From assembly GCA_002633005.1 (NCBI GenBank), contig NMRA01000228.1, positions 422,120-486,119 of the forward strand: a stretch of DNA of 64,000 nucleotides, given 5' to 3'. This document shows positions 62,938 to 64,000 of this stretch, one piece after another. Under the pieces are notes generated by a model, which saw only the letters and a list, made by a program, of their open reading frames with translations, searched no databases and had not been told where the DNA came from. The position numbers and the translations under genes are program-made. This DNA is from Phoronis australis (Eukaryota > Animalia > Phoronida). Each line of letters begins with the position of its first letter. Positions within the stretch are counted from its first letter, which is position 1.

Positions 62938-64000
62938 AAGGCAGTTGTAAATAATACTGATGGATGCAATTAAAGTTAATACAACATAAAAAGAATCAAA
63001 TTCCGAAGTATTAAAACATTCTTTCCAGAAGAAAGGACTCGCCGAGAAAGCTTACGAGGGAGAACAGCACGCCATTCGTGCAAGTGGTTAAAAAATAATT
63101 TGTCTTAAGAGCTACCATGGGCAACAAAAATGCTCATCAAAATACTCAGGGCATTATATCATAGCATTTGCATGCAACTGCGTTCAAAACAAAAGAGGAA
63201 AGAGTACCCATGGTCATGAAAGAGAGGTTCTTAAGCACTTCTTGTCAGTGTGCGAGTTATTTCCAGAGGCACCCACTTTAAATTAGGCCCGAGTCCAAGA
63301 ATCGAACTTTTGATTTAGACGGCTATAACATTGGTCTTAAATTGTTCCTCACTAAGTGGACAAGTTATTTCTGGGTTTGCCAAGAAGTGATATTTAATGC
63401 CTATGTCATTTCCCAAGATATTGCTCGGTACATACTATGTCACCCCACGACAAGCCAAATTGAAGAGCTTTGTCTCCAGCAATAACCAATGGTCAGTTAT
63501 TTTGACGCCCTCAAATCACTTGTAAATTGTTAAAGGCACAATTTGAGAACAGTTTCATGGCGTTAAGTTGCCTGAATTAGCAGTTGTTCTTGTGCTAGAA
63601 GATGGGTTATTATTTTAAGTAATGGGACGGAAGACTAGATGTAGTGAAAATAGACATAAAAATTATTGTTCAGTCTATCAAGTTGTCCAGAGACTAGTCA
63701 GTCACAGAACTGAGTAACCAAGAAAAGCACCCAACTGCATCACACTTTCAGTCTATTGGACCAGAAAATGCTCATGCCCCACGGTACTTTATCAAGACAG
63801 CCGTCACCAGAATTATGGTATTACTGCCTGGCCTGTCAAAAAAGACACATAATTTTTCTGATAAAAAAGTCAACAAGTCAAGAAAACAACACTAATCCAC
63901 AAAAAGAGGTTTGTATTATCAGCCTCATAACAGTAACTATGCAAATTAAAAAAGCATGCGGCTAAAATCTACCTAGCTTTGGATAGTAACGGTAAGGAAC

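Overview
AT-rich, intron-containing animal (probably marine invertebrate) genomic DNA with two assembly gaps (about 8610-9170 and 39194-40079). Most entries in the ORF track are spurious, so I rebuilt genes by hand from GT-AG sites and reading-frame phase. There are four genes. (1) The 3' part of an ABCA5-like ABC transporter (+, 21-11166; 11 exons plus a probable 33-nt microexon). (2) A two-exon, 453-aa orphan class A GPCR with non-canonical DKY and HPxxY motifs (-, 22208-15227). (3) A three-exon, 146-aa gene I do not recognise, head-to-head with the GPCR (+, 23973-26568). (4) A divergent five-exon, 256-aa 14-3-3 zeta-type gene (+, 41946-56394). Introns and intergenic DNA are rich in non-autonomous transposons: Helentron-associated (DINE-1/HINE-like) elements with internal ~150-bp tandem arrays, CA..TG-ended hAT-like elements that appear to make 5-bp TSDs, a tRNA-derived SINE, a foldback element and a decayed Academ-like transposase/XPG relic. 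I found no prokaryotic-type system such as a CRISPR array. The best novelty candidates are the orphan gene/GPCR pair and the transposon architecture. All family assignments come from motif recall, not database searches.
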